In this document: piece after piece, positions 9,147 to 19,850 of the stretch
Layout: each line of letters opens with the position of its first letter
Numbering within the stretch: position 1 is the first letter of the stretch
IMG/VR virus record: IMGVR_UViG_3300043418_000226
Origin: a virus
Lineage: Duplodnaviria > Heunggongvirae > Uroviricota > Caudoviricetes
Reading direction: 5' to 3' (one strand)
DNA length: 64,000 nt
Notes under the pieces: generated by a model
Seen by the model: the letters and a program-made list of their open reading frames with translations, nothing else
The model's database searches: none
What the model was told of the DNA's origin: nothing
Position numbers and translations under genes: made by a program

Positions 9147-10517
9147 TTATTTTTCGGATAATATTTCAAACTTTATCGGTTCATTATAGAAAATCTCTTC
9201 CGAATGAGTCAATCCTTTAATCTCAATTGAATATTCTCTTGGAATTAAGTATGATGTGTTAAAAGTAAATGAGTTTTCGTTGGTTACGTCTAATTGGGTC
9301 CAATCATTAACAATTACATCTGTGTGCCCTTCTTTAATAAACATACGATAATACACCTTATCAAATAACTGTGTCTTAGGTACGTTTATTGACCTAAATT
9401 TTACCACAACTTTTCTTAATTCTCCTCGTTTAATTTTTTCATTTTGTTTTATTCCAAAAAACTGAATTGAGTATCTTTCTAATTCTGTTTGATTTTCACC
9501 CACGGTGAACATTGCAGTGTATGGTTTTGGTATGAATTTTTGAGACACATCTGAAATTTGTACACCATCTAATGAAAGGTTTTTCCACTTATCATAGTAA
9601 AATCTTTTACCGTCACAAGTTACACCATCAACACCAAAGGTTACTTTGTAGACCCCCTTTTTAATTTTTGTTGTAGTTAAATTCCCTAAACCTAAAAGAA
9701 CGTTGTTACTTGAGTCAACAATATCAACTATTGGTAATTCATCTAAATCATATGGATTAGTACCTTTAGTAATGTACAAATAAAGATTTTGATTCATTTT
9801 TTCGACAAAATTATGTCTATTATCTTGAATTGTATCGGTGAATATCGATTCAACAAATGGTTCAAAAAACGTTTGGGTGTATTTGGTAAAGAAAGCAACA
9901 GATTGGTCCAATTCAGATGTTATATCTTGAAACATTACCGAGAAAGCAACTCCTAATCCATTATTAGTGTCACCCGAAATAAGAATACCGTTAATATAAT
10001 CAGTAATATCAACATCTAAGTTTTCGTCTCCGTTATCAAAGTGTTGAGTTGCAATTATTATTGGTGAACTTTCATAAACACCATTTGATGTCCAATCGTC
10101 AATACTTGTTCTGTGAAACCAGTTAGATGGTCTTTTATCAAATGTTTTATTACCGACGGTAAAATCAAACGATTCATCGTAGTCAAACCCAAGTCCTTCG
10201 TCCCACGACTCATTAATTTTAAAAATAATTAAATCAAATGAAGTGGCACGTTGTCTACCAGTACTTCTATTTTGACCTTTAAGACCTTCATCTCCAAAAA
10301 TGGTGTTGGTCATTCTAAGTTTATGTTTAGTGTCACTATCGACAACTAAATCACCATTAGTGACTTTATTAGTTAATTCACTTAAATCAACTTTAAATAT
10401 AAATTTAGAAAACCCTGAACCCCAAAATATCTCAGTGGTTGGATTTTTCGCAGTGTTAACCTGAGAATCCTTTATAAGGGTGTTGTTTTTTTCAAAATAT
10501 GAACGAAAATATGACAT
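9147..10517 (-). CDS. Hypothetical virion structural protein (beta-rich)
   Basis: 456 aa, adjacent to the spike-like gene and preceded by the TATTTATA motif. Confidence 0.5.
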   Translation of the reverse strand: MSYFRSYFEKNNTLIKDSQVNTAKNPTTEIFWGSGFSKFIFKVDLSELTNKVTNGDLVVDSDTKHKLRMTNTIFGDEGLKGQNRSTGRQRATSFDLIIFKINESWDEGLGFDYDESFDFTVGNKTFDKRPSNWFHRTSIDDWTSNGVYESSPIIIATQHFDNGDENLDVDITDYINGILISGDTNNGLGVAFSVMFQDITSELDQSVAFFTKYTQTFFEPFVESIFTDTIQDNRHNFVEKMNQNLYLYITKGTNPYDLDELPIVDIVDSSNNVLLGLGNLTTTKIKKGVYKVTFGVDGVTCDGKRFYYDKWKNLSLDGVQISDVSQKFIPKPYTAMFTVGENQTELERYSIQFFGIKQNEKIKRGELRKVVVKFRSINVPKTQLFDKVYYRMFIKEGHTDVIVNDWTQLDVTNENSFTFNTSYLIPREYSIEIKGLTHSEEIFYNEPIKFEILSEK

Positions 10518-10541
10518 CTTTTTTATTTTATAAATATCAAA

Positions 10542-12074
10542 TTAGTTGATTCTAATCGATTTATTTAAAATGTCTTCTTCAACTGAATTATAAAGTTCCA
10601 TAAATTTAATGTAATTTGGGTCACTTTGAACCAACGGACCCATTAAATTATGGTGATGACCGTTCAATAACTCAACTAATGAACGAATTAAATTTAATAG
10701 ATTTTCACCTCTAACAGTCGAAAATGTGTTAGGTTCGATATCTTTTAAGTAATTTTCTTGTGTTAATTCGTATTTGTTTAAATTAAAAAAATCGATTGGT
10801 GTTTTAGTATTAGTAATATCTGTCGATAAAAGATAAATTTTGTCCGATTTTAATGCTGAAAATGATTGTTCCATATTACTTTGGGATTCGGTTAAAATCA
10901 TTTCGGTTTTTGGCACTTCCTTTTCAGGTGCACTGAAACTACTATGTGAATAAACCAACCCATGTTCAGGTCCGACATTGAGCGCTAAACTAATCTTATT
11001 GAATATTTTAACTCTATTTTGAAATTCATCATTGTTATTTAACACCCTGGTTCTACATTCTTCGGTTGGTCTAAAATAAAATGGGTGTAAATCCTCATTT
11101 TTATGTGGTAAAATTGAACTGAAAACCGATAAATTGTCGGATGTGTGTATTTTTTTAAATGCATCTCTTATAGTTGCCGATGTGTCGTTAACACCGGAAA
11201 CCGCAAGACTGAATGTGTGACCGGTAAATTCAGTTCCCGTAATTAGTTGGGTGTATCCGGTTAATAATTGTGCAGAATATAATTCGGGGTTATTTGTTTT
11301 ATAAATGTCTCCGTATTTTTTCTTATCTTTCTCTGAAAATCCATTTATAAGGTACACGTAAAAATCAACCGAAGAATCTGTTCCAGAAAAATCTAACACA
11401 TCGTATTCAATAATAGCCTTTAAATCTCTAACCTCAATTGACTTACTAGTACTTGTACTTTTAATGTACTCTTGTTTCTGTGGATATTTTTTTAAATAGA
11501 GTACGGACGACTTGTCGGCCATTAATGGTTGGGAAGCTAACGTAACTCGTTGCTTTGGAGTTGACCCTTCCTTAGATATTAATTTACCTCCTCTTAATTG
11601 TAAACCATTTTCTGTAAAAATAACATCCGAACCATATTTTCCATAAATGGCATAATCGGTATATTTTGCAATCGAACCTTTAGCCTTAGGGTTTTTCATT
11701 TCCCCATTTTCTTCAACAACAGGTTCACCGTGTTTTACAACCGAACCATATGTGGTGAATTCAATCTGTGCAGTATGTGTTTGACCATTAAAATCGTGAA
11801 TTGTTGTAAATGGTCCAGATATGTATTCAGAATTGGCAAAATCTTTTTCGTCATTATAATTTATGATTTTTACGGCCTGACCTATCTCAGGTATAAAATT
11901 AATATTTAAAGGTAGAAATGGAGTTGCCGTGAATAAATCTTTATCACCCCAATTGGTATAATCCATTGCAGTTTCAATCGTACCCGGATTAGTACTGTAT
12001 CGTTTAAAACGTATACGACCTAAACCTCTAGGGTCTTTATTATCGGTACAAATTGCAATGTCAATTAGTTTCAT
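10542..12074 (-). CDS. Baseplate central spike (gp5/VgrG-like N-terminal OB fold; C-terminal His cluster)
   Basis: N-terminal IAICTDNKDPRGLGRIR and PFLP..IPEIGQAVKI match the gp5 OB-fold pattern. The C-terminal NGHHHN resembles the HxH metal-binding apex of spikes. Confidence 0.65.
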   Translation of the reverse strand: MKLIDIAICTDNKDPRGLGRIRFKRYSTNPGTIETAMDYTNWGDKDLFTATPFLPLNINFIPEIGQAVKIINYNDEKDFANSEYISGPFTTIHDFNGQTHTAQIEFTTYGSVVKHGEPVVEENGEMKNPKAKGSIAKYTDYAIYGKYGSDVIFTENGLQLRGGKLISKEGSTPKQRVTLASQPLMADKSSVLYLKKYPQKQEYIKSTSTSKSIEVRDLKAIIEYDVLDFSGTDSSVDFYVYLINGFSEKDKKKYGDIYKTNNPELYSAQLLTGYTQLITGTEFTGHTFSLAVSGVNDTSATIRDAFKKIHTSDNLSVFSSILPHKNEDLHPFYFRPTEECRTRVLNNNDEFQNRVKIFNKISLALNVGPEHGLVYSHSSFSAPEKEVPKTEMILTESQSNMEQSFSALKSDKIYLLSTDITNTKTPIDFFNLNKYELTQENYLKDIEPNTFSTVRGENLLNLIRSLVELLNGHHHNLMGPLVQSDPNYIKFMELYNSVEEDILNKSIRIN

Positions 12075-12271
12075 TTCTTGATTCTTTTTTGTGCTTCTAA
12101 ATTCACTTTATTATATAGGGTCTCAACACTATCCATATGTCTTGTTAAGTCAACAATTAATTTTTTTGTTTTTTCGTATTCAGTATATAACTCATTTATT
12201 GCCATAAATAAATCTTTGTTTGATTTATTTTCAACATCATTCGCAATATCTAATAATTTTTCTTTTACCAT
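12071..12271 (-). CDS. Small coiled-coil hypothetical protein
   Basis: 66 aa; overlaps the spike gene start by 4 nt. Confidence 0.55.
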   Translation of the reverse strand: MVKEKLLDIANDVENKSNKDLFMAINELYTEYEKTKKLIVDLTRHMDSVETLYNKVNLEAQKRIKK

Positions 12272-12272
12272 G

Positions 12273-14150
12273 TTAAAACATTTTACCTGAACTATTAAGT
12301 AAACCTGGAGGTATTACTATTGGACCCATCGGAGATGGGAGGATAATTTCTTTATTGGCCACTTTTATAAATGAATTAGCGTCCATTTCCTCGGTGTGAC
12401 CATCAACCACGGATTTAACCAAGGAAACTAAATTATTTGGTTCACCAAAAATTGGTGCCATACTAATTCCACTCGATTCTAACTTTTGGGTAATATTCAT
12501 GAATGCCCTATCTTGACTATAACCAGTAGATAAATCCGAAAATGATAATAAGAATCCCGGAACGGGTATACTTGATTTACCACCTTTTAATGCCAAATCA
12601 ATTGAGTTATTAATTAAACTATAAAGTGTTTTACAATCGCCTATTCCCGATTCTAATATTTTAGTTAATAGAGCGATTAACGTTGCAACGATAAGATAAT
12701 ATCTTTTATTTTTGTTCTTTAATATTTTCAACGCTAATGACTGTAAAAATATTAATAAATCCATTTTAACCAATTTCCAAAATTCAGATATAAATTTCCA
12801 AAGTATGTTTTTTATTATCTCATTGAATAACTTCGATAATTTTTTCATTACCGACTTAACATTATTTACCTCACCATTAGTTATTACCGCTTTATATGCC
12901 ACGACTATTGGGAAAATATATTTAGGTGATAATATAGTTCCAATTAAGGCCTTAGGTAAATTTAAAATAAAGTTATTTAAAATCGATATATGAAAATTGT
13001 CTAAAGGTATTGAACCGCCCGATTGGTCATGTGCGTCCGTTGCGGCATTTAATAACGCATTGGATACTGATTCATTAAGATTTTGTTTGTTTGTCAAATA
13101 CACAAAATCCTCAAAATGTGTGGGATTAGAAGGTATTTTAAATTCATTACAATCTTTAAATTTTAAAACTTTTTTATAACGATTATCTTCATCGTCTAAA
13201 TCAATACCTTCAACATCATCAAAATCAAAATAAAATTCTACATCCTCATCGTTTTCATTAAATTGGGGTGAATTTTGATTTAAACCATTACTTGGGTTAC
13301 CACATGATGGACATATTTTACTTAGGAGTCTATTTAAATCATTAAATCCCTTATCAAATAATGGTGGGTCGTTTGGGTCACCTTGTAATGTCATTAACAT
13401 AGCGGTTTTAGTAACTCCAGATAAGTCAATGTGTTCAATGTTAGAATAATATTGACTCATTAATGTTTCAACATTACTAATGCTACTTAAACCTGAAACT
13501 GTGTAATTTTGTGGTGTGGAATTCCAAGATATGTCAAATAAATTTGTGTTGTCTTTAGTGGTAAATGTTTGATTTGTGGTAAATCCACTATAAAGAACTC
13601 TATTCATTTTTACAAATCCCTTATCTGGACTTGGTTTTTCATAAACTATTTGACCACTATTACTCGATGGGTCAACTGTGAGTACATTCATGAAATCAAA
13701 TTCATTTGGACTTAACGTAATTGAGTCAACGGGAAACGTTTTATTAGTCCCACATATACCGTCACCAACAAAAAGAATTTTATTAACACTATCCATCATG
13801 ATTTTTTTAGAATCATTTATGGTTAAATGTAAAGATTGTTGCGTAATTTGTTTTAATCTTTGTTTTGAAAATTCCTTTTCGGACCCCTCAAATTTTTTAT
13901 TAGATCCCAAAAACCCTTCAACAACGTCTATTAAATCGGCAAAAACATCTTTCTTGTTCTCAACCTTTTTTTTTCTTTTTTCTGCAAAATCGGATAACTT
14001 TTTTCCGAATAAAGTTTCGGTAGACGGTATATCCGTAAGAAACTTATCGAATGATTTATTTGCGTTCGATGTCAAATCATCATTGATGCGTTTAACTGCC
14101 TCAATTTTTGATTTGATGGTATTTTTAGTTTCTTTTATTTTATTTGCCAT
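12273..14150 (-). CDS. Hypothetical protein (probably structural)
   Basis: 625-aa ORF tightly coupled to its neighbours; contains CPSCG and an acidic DFDDVEGIDLDDED tract. Confidence 0.55.
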   Translation of the reverse strand: MANKIKETKNTIKSKIEAVKRINDDLTSNANKSFDKFLTDIPSTETLFGKKLSDFAEKRKKKVENKKDVFADLIDVVEGFLGSNKKFEGSEKEFSKQRLKQITQQSLHLTINDSKKIMMDSVNKILFVGDGICGTNKTFPVDSITLSPNEFDFMNVLTVDPSSNSGQIVYEKPSPDKGFVKMNRVLYSGFTTNQTFTTKDNTNLFDISWNSTPQNYTVSGLSSISNVETLMSQYYSNIEHIDLSGVTKTAMLMTLQGDPNDPPLFDKGFNDLNRLLSKICPSCGNPSNGLNQNSPQFNENDEDVEFYFDFDDVEGIDLDDEDNRYKKVLKFKDCNEFKIPSNPTHFEDFVYLTNKQNLNESVSNALLNAATDAHDQSGGSIPLDNFHISILNNFILNLPKALIGTILSPKYIFPIVVAYKAVITNGEVNNVKSVMKKLSKLFNEIIKNILWKFISEFWKLVKMDLLIFLQSLALKILKNKNKRYYLIVATLIALLTKILESGIGDCKTLYSLINNSIDLALKGGKSSIPVPGFLLSFSDLSTGYSQDRAFMNITQKLESSGISMAPIFGEPNNLVSLVKSVVDGHTEEMDANSFIKVANKEIILPSPMGPIVIPPGLLNSSGKMF

Positions 14151-14527
14151 TAAACTGTGTAATTAGATGTTTCTTCAGAAGGATTATTCATTAATTTGTC
14201 AAGAATTTCTCTATCCTCATCTGAAAGTGTTAGTTTACCCATTGGGCCACTTTTACCGCCCACAGATTGGGTTTGTTTTAATAGTAAACCTTGTAATTTT
14301 ACTAAAGATATTTTCTTTTCTGTACAATCATTCAAAATCTTCTGTTGCTCCTTAATAACCGGACCAATTACACTCATGTCTTCAGCGTCTTTCATGAAAG
14401 TTAACATTTTCTTTGTTATTAAAGACGCCGTATTCTTTTGTTCTACAATATCGTTATAGATTTCCTGCATTAATGCTAATGCGGAATCAACCTCTAGGGA
14501 TATTAAATTTCTTTTAGGTCTGCTCAT
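14150..14527 (-). CDS. Hypothetical helical protein
   Basis: 125 aa; its stop overlaps the next start; preceded by TATTTAT. Confidence 0.55.
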   Translation of the reverse strand: MSRPKRNLISLEVDSALALMQEIYNDIVEQKNTASLITKKMLTFMKDAEDMSVIGPVIKEQQKILNDCTEKKISLVKLQGLLLKQTQSVGGKSGPMGKLTLSDEDREILDKLMNNPSEETSNYTV

Positions 14528-14541
14528 ATCAATAAATAGAT

Positions 14542-15240
14542 TTATTCTAAAAATCCACCCAAAATTCCATCATACAATTTTTTAAATCGTTTAAGGGATA
14601 CTCTAATTTCTTTAGTTGATAATGAGGTCATCTCCCTTAATGAAAGTAATATTAAATTTTTATTGAATTTATTACCATCTCCTACTTGGAAAATTTTATC
14701 GATATTACTGAAAATTTCAAGTAACGCATATCCTAATTTTCGTTCATTTTCGGTTAAAGTTTCAACTTCCATAAAATCTTCTAAGGTTGTTGTTAATTTG
14801 AGAACGACAGCCGAGTAATCGATAGAATATGCGTCTATTACATAAGATAAATCCGCCCTACCTTCAATATCAGAAGATATGTCATCATATGAAACACTAC
14901 GATTAGTTTCCTTAGTATCTTTTTGAATTGCACCCATAAGGTAATTTTTACATATTGTGCCAAAGTATGAATATGCCTTATGATTTTTGGTATGGTCAAA
15001 TTTATTGATTTTAGTAATTAAAAACGATAGTGTGTCGTTATGAATCTCTTCAAACTCTAAATCCTTTCTATACAGTTTATAACGTCGAATTATACTTTCG
15101 ACCATTATTATTAGGGGTTCTCTTAAGAATTCGTTGAATATCTTATTTTTTTCGGCATCGTCATTACTTTCAAGGTAACTAACTACCGCCTTTTCTTGAT
15201 CCTCCCCAAAATATATTTTTTGGGTTCTTGGTCTTGGCAT
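14542..15240 (-). CDS. RNA polymerase sigma factor (gp55-like late sigma candidate)
   Basis: Region-2-like segment DTLSFLITKINKFDHTKNHKAYSYFGTICKNYLMGAI (sigma FD..K..F.TY pattern) and a C-terminal helix-turn-helix-like segment. Confidence 0.65.
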   Translation of the reverse strand: MPRPRTQKIYFGEDQEKAVVSYLESNDDAEKNKIFNEFLREPLIIMVESIIRRYKLYRKDLEFEEIHNDTLSFLITKINKFDHTKNHKAYSYFGTICKNYLMGAIQKDTKETNRSVSYDDISSDIEGRADLSYVIDAYSIDYSAVVLKLTTTLEDFMEVETLTENERKLGYALLEIFSNIDKIFQVGDGNKFNKNLILLSLREMTSLSTKEIRVSLKRFKKLYDGILGGFLE

Positions 15241-16019
15241 TAAGCTTCGGTATATGTAACATCTCGTTTATTTTTAAAGAAAAATTCTTTCTTTGCAGTG
15301 TCCAACCAAAATTTAACTTCAGGTTCAGATAATTTACTATCTTCATTGTTTTTAAATCCCCAAAATAATGAGTCTTCTCTAAAGTTAACGTGTTGATATC
15401 CTACACGAGGTACCGTCATAACTCTAACACCATTATGTGTTAATCTTAATAAAAATTCATACCCAAAAGTTAACTTAATATTACCTTTTAATGAGCCATT
15501 TTCTTTAATTACACTGGTTCTATAAAGACCACCACTAATTTGGTAGTTTTGGAACTCTAATAACACTTCGTTATCAATAAATCCCTGTAATTCAGTAAAT
15601 CCGTATGCCCATGCAGATTCATTTGTAAAACTAACGAATTTACCCTCGGGGTCAACGTCTTTCACTATTGGTAAAAATACGTCAACATCTGAATAGATTT
15701 TTGAATAATCAGTAACCGATTTTAACCAAATTGGTTTATAAATGTCATCAATTTCTAAAATAGAAAACCATTCAGTATCACAATTATCAATTGCTAAATT
15801 AATTTGTGAACAGAAATCCGTTTCTCCGGTGTTTATTGTATATTCAATTTCTAATTTATCTGAAAGATTACTCAATTCATTTTTAACTGATGGTGGACAA
15901 ATGATGGAAACTTTAACATCATTATGGAAATTTTCCACTGACGATAATGCGTTTGTTAACATTTCTCTGTAATCCCCCTCAACTGTATGAACCGGTACTA
16001 TAATTGTTATATTTTTCAT
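15240..16019 (-). CDS. Glycosyltransferase, GT-A fold (GT2-like)
   Basis: N-terminal ITIIVPVH, INLAIDNCDTEWFSILEIDD (DxD-like) and GYEFLLRL. Confidence 0.8.
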   Translation of the reverse strand: MKNITIIVPVHTVEGDYREMLTNALSSVENFHNDVKVSIICPPSVKNELSNLSDKLEIEYTINTGETDFCSQINLAIDNCDTEWFSILEIDDIYKPIWLKSVTDYSKIYSDVDVFLPIVKDVDPEGKFVSFTNESAWAYGFTELQGFIDNEVLLEFQNYQISGGLYRTSVIKENGSLKGNIKLTFGYEFLLRLTHNGVRVMTVPRVGYQHVNFREDSLFWGFKNNEDSKLSEPEVKFWLDTAKKEFFFKNKRDVTYTEA

Positions 16020-16023
16020 ATTA

Positions 16024-17079
16024 TTACTCTTGTTTTAATTTTTCTAATGCGGTTTGAATACTTTCCACTCTTTTATTTTTTAATGAACCAAAAATTGTTA
16101 AAATGTTATTTTCAGTTACAGATGTCTCATAAGGTAAAAGTGTTTCTTTCATTTTATCCTTAACTTCATCATTTAATTCAACACCCTCAATCCAAGCTGT
16201 GATATAAGAACTTAAAATTTCAACTAACTTATTTGAATCGTATGACCACATACCATTCTCACCAATCCAATCCGGTTCAGTATCTGGTATTTTACCAATA
16301 ACCGGAACATTACATTTCATAGATTCTAAAGGAAATGTACCAAATGTCGATTCATCATCGACCCATAAAGATACCATACATTCTTTTAATGCAGTTGCAA
16401 ACTCATCGTAACCCATTTGTACCATATCTTTAAATGTAATCCATCTAAGTTGTGGGTATTTTAAGTAAAACTCAGAAATTAATCTTCTATGTAATACCCT
16501 ATCTCTACAACTAATCGCCACATATGGTTTTAACGGTAAAGTAATTGGTTGAAAATTATCTCCAATAATTGGTGGGATAATAAAAATTAATGATTCGGGA
16601 AAATACTCAGAAATATATTTTTTTGACGCTTCTGTTGTTGTAATAACTTTGTCAAATCCGTAATCACTAAAACGACTACCGATTGGTAACGTTTCGTACA
16701 TGTATTCTTTTTGTTGAACTAACAATACTTTGACACACCTAACATTTGCTAACTGTTGTAAAGTGTTACCATAATACTCTGGTACAACCAAAATATCATC
16801 AATTTTTAATTCAACCTTATCTTCTTTAATTGAAACAATTTCCAATTCTTTATATTTGTCCCCTAACCAACTTTCAACACCAATATATGTTTTATCCTCA
16901 ACAAGAATTTTTGCGGGTGTACCGTTTTTCTTTAATGTTAAAGCTAAATCATAAATGTATTTTACCGATGCTCTTGGGTTATTTTTTGTGTCGTATGTTA
17001 AAAAATATACAACATTTTCACTTGATTCTAATCTACCTAATGCAGATTCGAGTTTTTCTATGTTTTCTTTGTTATTCAT
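16024..17079 (-). CDS. Glycosyltransferase, GT-B fold
   Basis: C-terminal DDESTFGTFPLESMKCNVPVIG matches the GT-B E..G...LEAM.CG.PVI motif. Confidence 0.75.
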   Translation of the reverse strand: MNNKENIEKLESALGRLESSENVVYFLTYDTKNNPRASVKYIYDLALTLKKNGTPAKILVEDKTYIGVESWLGDKYKELEIVSIKEDKVELKIDDILVVPEYYGNTLQQLANVRCVKVLLVQQKEYMYETLPIGSRFSDYGFDKVITTTEASKKYISEYFPESLIFIIPPIIGDNFQPITLPLKPYVAISCRDRVLHRRLISEFYLKYPQLRWITFKDMVQMGYDEFATALKECMVSLWVDDESTFGTFPLESMKCNVPVIGKIPDTEPDWIGENGMWSYDSNKLVEILSSYITAWIEGVELNDEVKDKMKETLLPYETSVTENNILTIFGSLKNKRVESIQTALEKLKQE

Positions 17080-17377
17080 CGTCTTCGTTTATGTCTTCGA
17101 TTAAGATTTTATTTTTTATTAGGGTGTTAAATGCAATTTTAAATGATGATGATGTTGAGTTTTGTGCGAAGGCACCCATTTTATCGTCAACCTCCTCATA
17201 TTCACTTAGAATTCTATCTAAGCACATTTTAATTATCTCGTATTTGAAGATATTGATTTGTACTGATGATGAATCAACATCATCTTCTATCTCCTCATCT
17301 ACACTGTCTGTTGTTCTGCATCGTTCGGTAATTCCGTCGATGTCGATGTAATAGTTTTTTCCGAATAGTTCGACCAT
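17072..17377 (-). CDS. Hypothetical protein
   Basis: 101 aa; overlaps both neighbours in the operon. Confidence 0.55.
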   Translation of the reverse strand: MVELFGKNYYIDIDGITERCRTTDSVDEEIEDDVDSSSVQINIFKYEIIKMCLDRILSEYEEVDDKMGAFAQNSTSSSFKIAFNTLIKNKILIEDINEDDE

Positions 17378-17949
17378 GGTTCTTTAATTTCTGTTAATTT
17401 AGTTATTTCTTTATTATAAGTAAAGTATTGATTGTAAGTCGTTTTAAATTTAATACCTGTTTTATCTTCCGGACATAAATCTAAAATTTCTTTACTGTCA
17501 GTAATCCAAGCATCACATTTATTCCAAGTGGTTTCGATGTCACCACTATTGATGAATTTAACGTTACCGCCTAAAAATCCATTCTTGGATAAAAAGAATA
17601 ATGATGCGGGTCTTGATTTACCTAATTCGTTTAATCCGACCAAAGTAAAATTGTGGTCTTTATTCTCGAAAATAAGTTTATGTAAATCAGTAAATGTGGT
17701 CGAGTAACTTAATCCTGCATGTCCAAATATTTCAATTGGGTATTCCATGAATAGAAAAAACTCATACTCATCCTTTGATTGGAATTTGTATGAGTTTAAT
17801 AAGTTATCGTTTTGAATAGGTTCAGTTACCCCATATTCAAATGTATTATCCAATTCAACGTCATCGGCTAAGTAAGCCTCATTGTAGTGGTAATCAAATT
17901 TTTGTATTGTATTTCTTAATACTCCGTCTATGCTAATGAATATTTCCAT
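17299..17949 (-). CDS. HAD-fold 5'-nucleotidase-like protein with degenerate motif I
   Basis: IFISIDGVLRN (canonical DxDGVL, first Asp replaced by Ser) and later DAWITD. Probable start MEIF at 17949. Confidence 0.5.
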   Translation of the reverse strand: MEIFISIDGVLRNTIQKFDYHYNEAYLADDVELDNTFEYGVTEPIQNDNLLNSYKFQSKDEYEFFLFMEYPIEIFGHAGLSYSTTFTDLHKLIFENKDHNFTLVGLNELGKSRPASLFFLSKNGFLGGNVKFINSGDIETTWNKCDAWITDSKEILDLCPEDKTGIKFKTTYNQYFTYNKEITKLTEIKEPWSNYSEKTITSTSTELPNDAEQQTV

Positions 17950-17986
17950 AGATGAAATATAACCCAATTAGACATATAAGTAAACC

Positions 17987-18721
17987 TTAATCGTATCTTT
18001 CTAATATTTGACCAATAATTGGGTTTCTCACAATATCTTCCATACCAAATTCAAAAATACCAATTCCTCTTACGTCACTTAATCTTTTTTTGGCGTCAAA
18101 TAAACCTGATTTAGTTTTGTCTTTAAATTTATCAGATTGTTCTAAATCTCCTGATAGGAAAAATTTAGAGTTAAAACCTATACGAGTTAATAATAATTTA
18201 ATTTGTGCAGGTGTGGCATTTTGTGCCTCCTCAAAAACTAAAATTGTATTATCTACGTTCCAACCTCTCATGTAAGCTAAAGCAGCAACCTCAATATAAC
18301 CTTCGTCTTTTAATTGTTCTCTAGCCTCTTTACCGATTATTTTATTTAAAAGATAATACGATGGGTAAATGTAAGGGTCTAATTTTTCTTCTAAACCACC
18401 CGGTAACGAACCTAATTTTTCTTCTGCCTCAACTGCCGGTCTAACTATGATAATTTTTTCATATTTGTTAGTGTCGTCATGTAATAAATCTACGGCTCTT
18501 TTCATTGCTATGTAGGATTTACCGACACCCGCGGGTCCAAAACAAAGGGTAATTTGGTTTTCACCAAGTATATTCCAATACTCTTCCTGATTTTTTGTTA
18601 AGAATTTTTGTTTTGGTTGTTTTATAATTTGTCGAATTCTTTCTTTATGTGATGTTTTTGGTAATGTTGTTGGTGATGCGTTGAAAGACGATTCTTTTTT
18701 AACTCTAGGTTTTACTGCCAA
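17987..18721 (-). CDS. phoH: PhoH-like ATPase
   Basis: GPAGVGKS Walker A, IIIVRPAVE, LAYMRGW, EEAQN and GDLEQSD; TTG start. Confidence 0.95.
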   Translation of the reverse strand: MAVKPRVKKESSFNASPTTLPKTSHKERIRQIIKQPKQKFLTKNQEEYWNILGENQITLCFGPAGVGKSYIAMKRAVDLLHDDTNKYEKIIIVRPAVEAEEKLGSLPGGLEEKLDPYIYPSYYLLNKIIGKEAREQLKDEGYIEVAALAYMRGWNVDNTILVFEEAQNATPAQIKLLLTRIGFNSKFFLSGDLEQSDKFKDKTKSGLFDAKKRLSDVRGIGIFEFGMEDIVRNPIIGQILERYD

Positions 18722-18767
18722 AATTGTTTTTTTTATTTTATTCTCTTATGGTCTTTAATAAATATCA

Positions 18768-19361
18768 CTAAACACCGGTTGAACCAAATCCACCGTTACC
18801 TCTATCAGTATCGGATAGGTCATTACTTTCCACCATAGTGACTTGTGGGTAGGGTAAAATCATTATCTGAGCACCTCTATCTCCGACATTATATTTAATT
18901 GAATCTAATCCCTCAGTTTTCTTAAAAGTTGCTTGAATTTCGCCTCTATATCCACTGTCAATTACTCCAACACAATTGGTTAAAGATAGGTCATATTTAC
19001 GTACAGATGATCGAGGGAATACTAAACCAACAAACCCTTTGGGTATTTCCATCGCAATTCCAAATCCGTAAGTAACGTCGAAAGTTGTATTAGAAATTTG
19101 TGATGTTATGGTTAAATCCATTCCGGCATCCCCATCTTTTGAATATGTTGGAATTACAGAATTTGGATGTAATTTTTTAACCTTTACTTGTAGGTTAAGG
19201 TTGATAGATTCGTTAGTTTCTTTTGAGATGTCATTAGTTAATGTTGATAACACTTTATTTAATTCACTCACAAATTGGTCGTCGATTTCATTATCGGACG
19301 TAAGGTCCTGTTCGAATTCTTTTAATTTTTTAAGATATTCTTCAATTTCTTCTCTTTGCAT
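18768..19361 (-). CDS. dut: Trimeric dUTPase with N-terminal extension
   Basis: AGMDL, PRSS, GVIDSGYRGEI and RGNGGFGSTG motifs. Confidence 0.95.
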   Translation of the reverse strand: MQREEIEEYLKKLKEFEQDLTSDNEIDDQFVSELNKVLSTLTNDISKETNESINLNLQVKVKKLHPNSVIPTYSKDGDAGMDLTITSQISNTTFDVTYGFGIAMEIPKGFVGLVFPRSSVRKYDLSLTNCVGVIDSGYRGEIQATFKKTEGLDSIKYNVGDRGAQIMILPYPQVTMVESNDLSDTDRGNGGFGSTGV

Positions 19362-19577
19362 TTAACTATTTTTCTTTTCTAAAAGCCATTTATCCAATTT
19401 TTTAACTCTTTCTTTCAAATCGTTATCCATTGGTCTTAGACAACATTCAACAAACACTTCCGTAATTCGTTGAAGTTCTTCCACTGTAAGGTGGACACCA
19501 ATTAAATTAACATACTCTAACGCCAATTTACTTTGTGATTGACGCATAATCTGAATATCTTTACTATAAAATTCCAT
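19362..19577 (-). CDS. Hypothetical protein
   Basis: 71-aa ORF abutting the dUTPase start. Confidence 0.55.
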   Translation of the reverse strand: MEFYSKDIQIMRQSQSKLALEYVNLIGVHLTVEELQRITEVFVECCLRPMDNDLKERVKKLDKWLLEKKNS

Positions 19578-19607
19578 TTTCTATTTTTTTAATTGGTGTC
19601 CATTAGA

Positions 19608-19838
19608 TTACTTATAATATTCCGGTGTGTTTTTACTATCAATAACACATTCGATTGCCATTTTGGCAACTGAAATACTTTCACTTGAACGTGAATCACC
19701 TGCTCGGTATTTTGATGCCACGATTGTTGCCTCTTCCACCGTCTCCGCCTCCAAAACGTATTTAACTTTTTGTAAACGTGGGTTTCCTTCTCTGTCCATT
19801 TGTTCGGTTTCATAACCGATTGTAACTAAATAATACAT
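19608..19838 (-). CDS. DUF4494-like protein (Bacteroidota-associated family)
   Basis: MYYLVTIGYE...G..RLQKVKYVLEAETVEEA resembles the DUF4494 N-terminus, recognised by eye. Confidence 0.5.
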   Translation of the reverse strand: MYYLVTIGYETEQMDREGNPRLQKVKYVLEAETVEEATIVASKYRAGDSRSSESISVAKMAIECVIDSKNTPEYYK

Positions 19839-19850
19839 AATTGTTTGATT

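Noticed and set aside
19589-19813. 74-aa alternative-frame ORF
   Set aside because: It overlaps the more protein-like DUF4494-like ORF (19608-19838) on the same strand.
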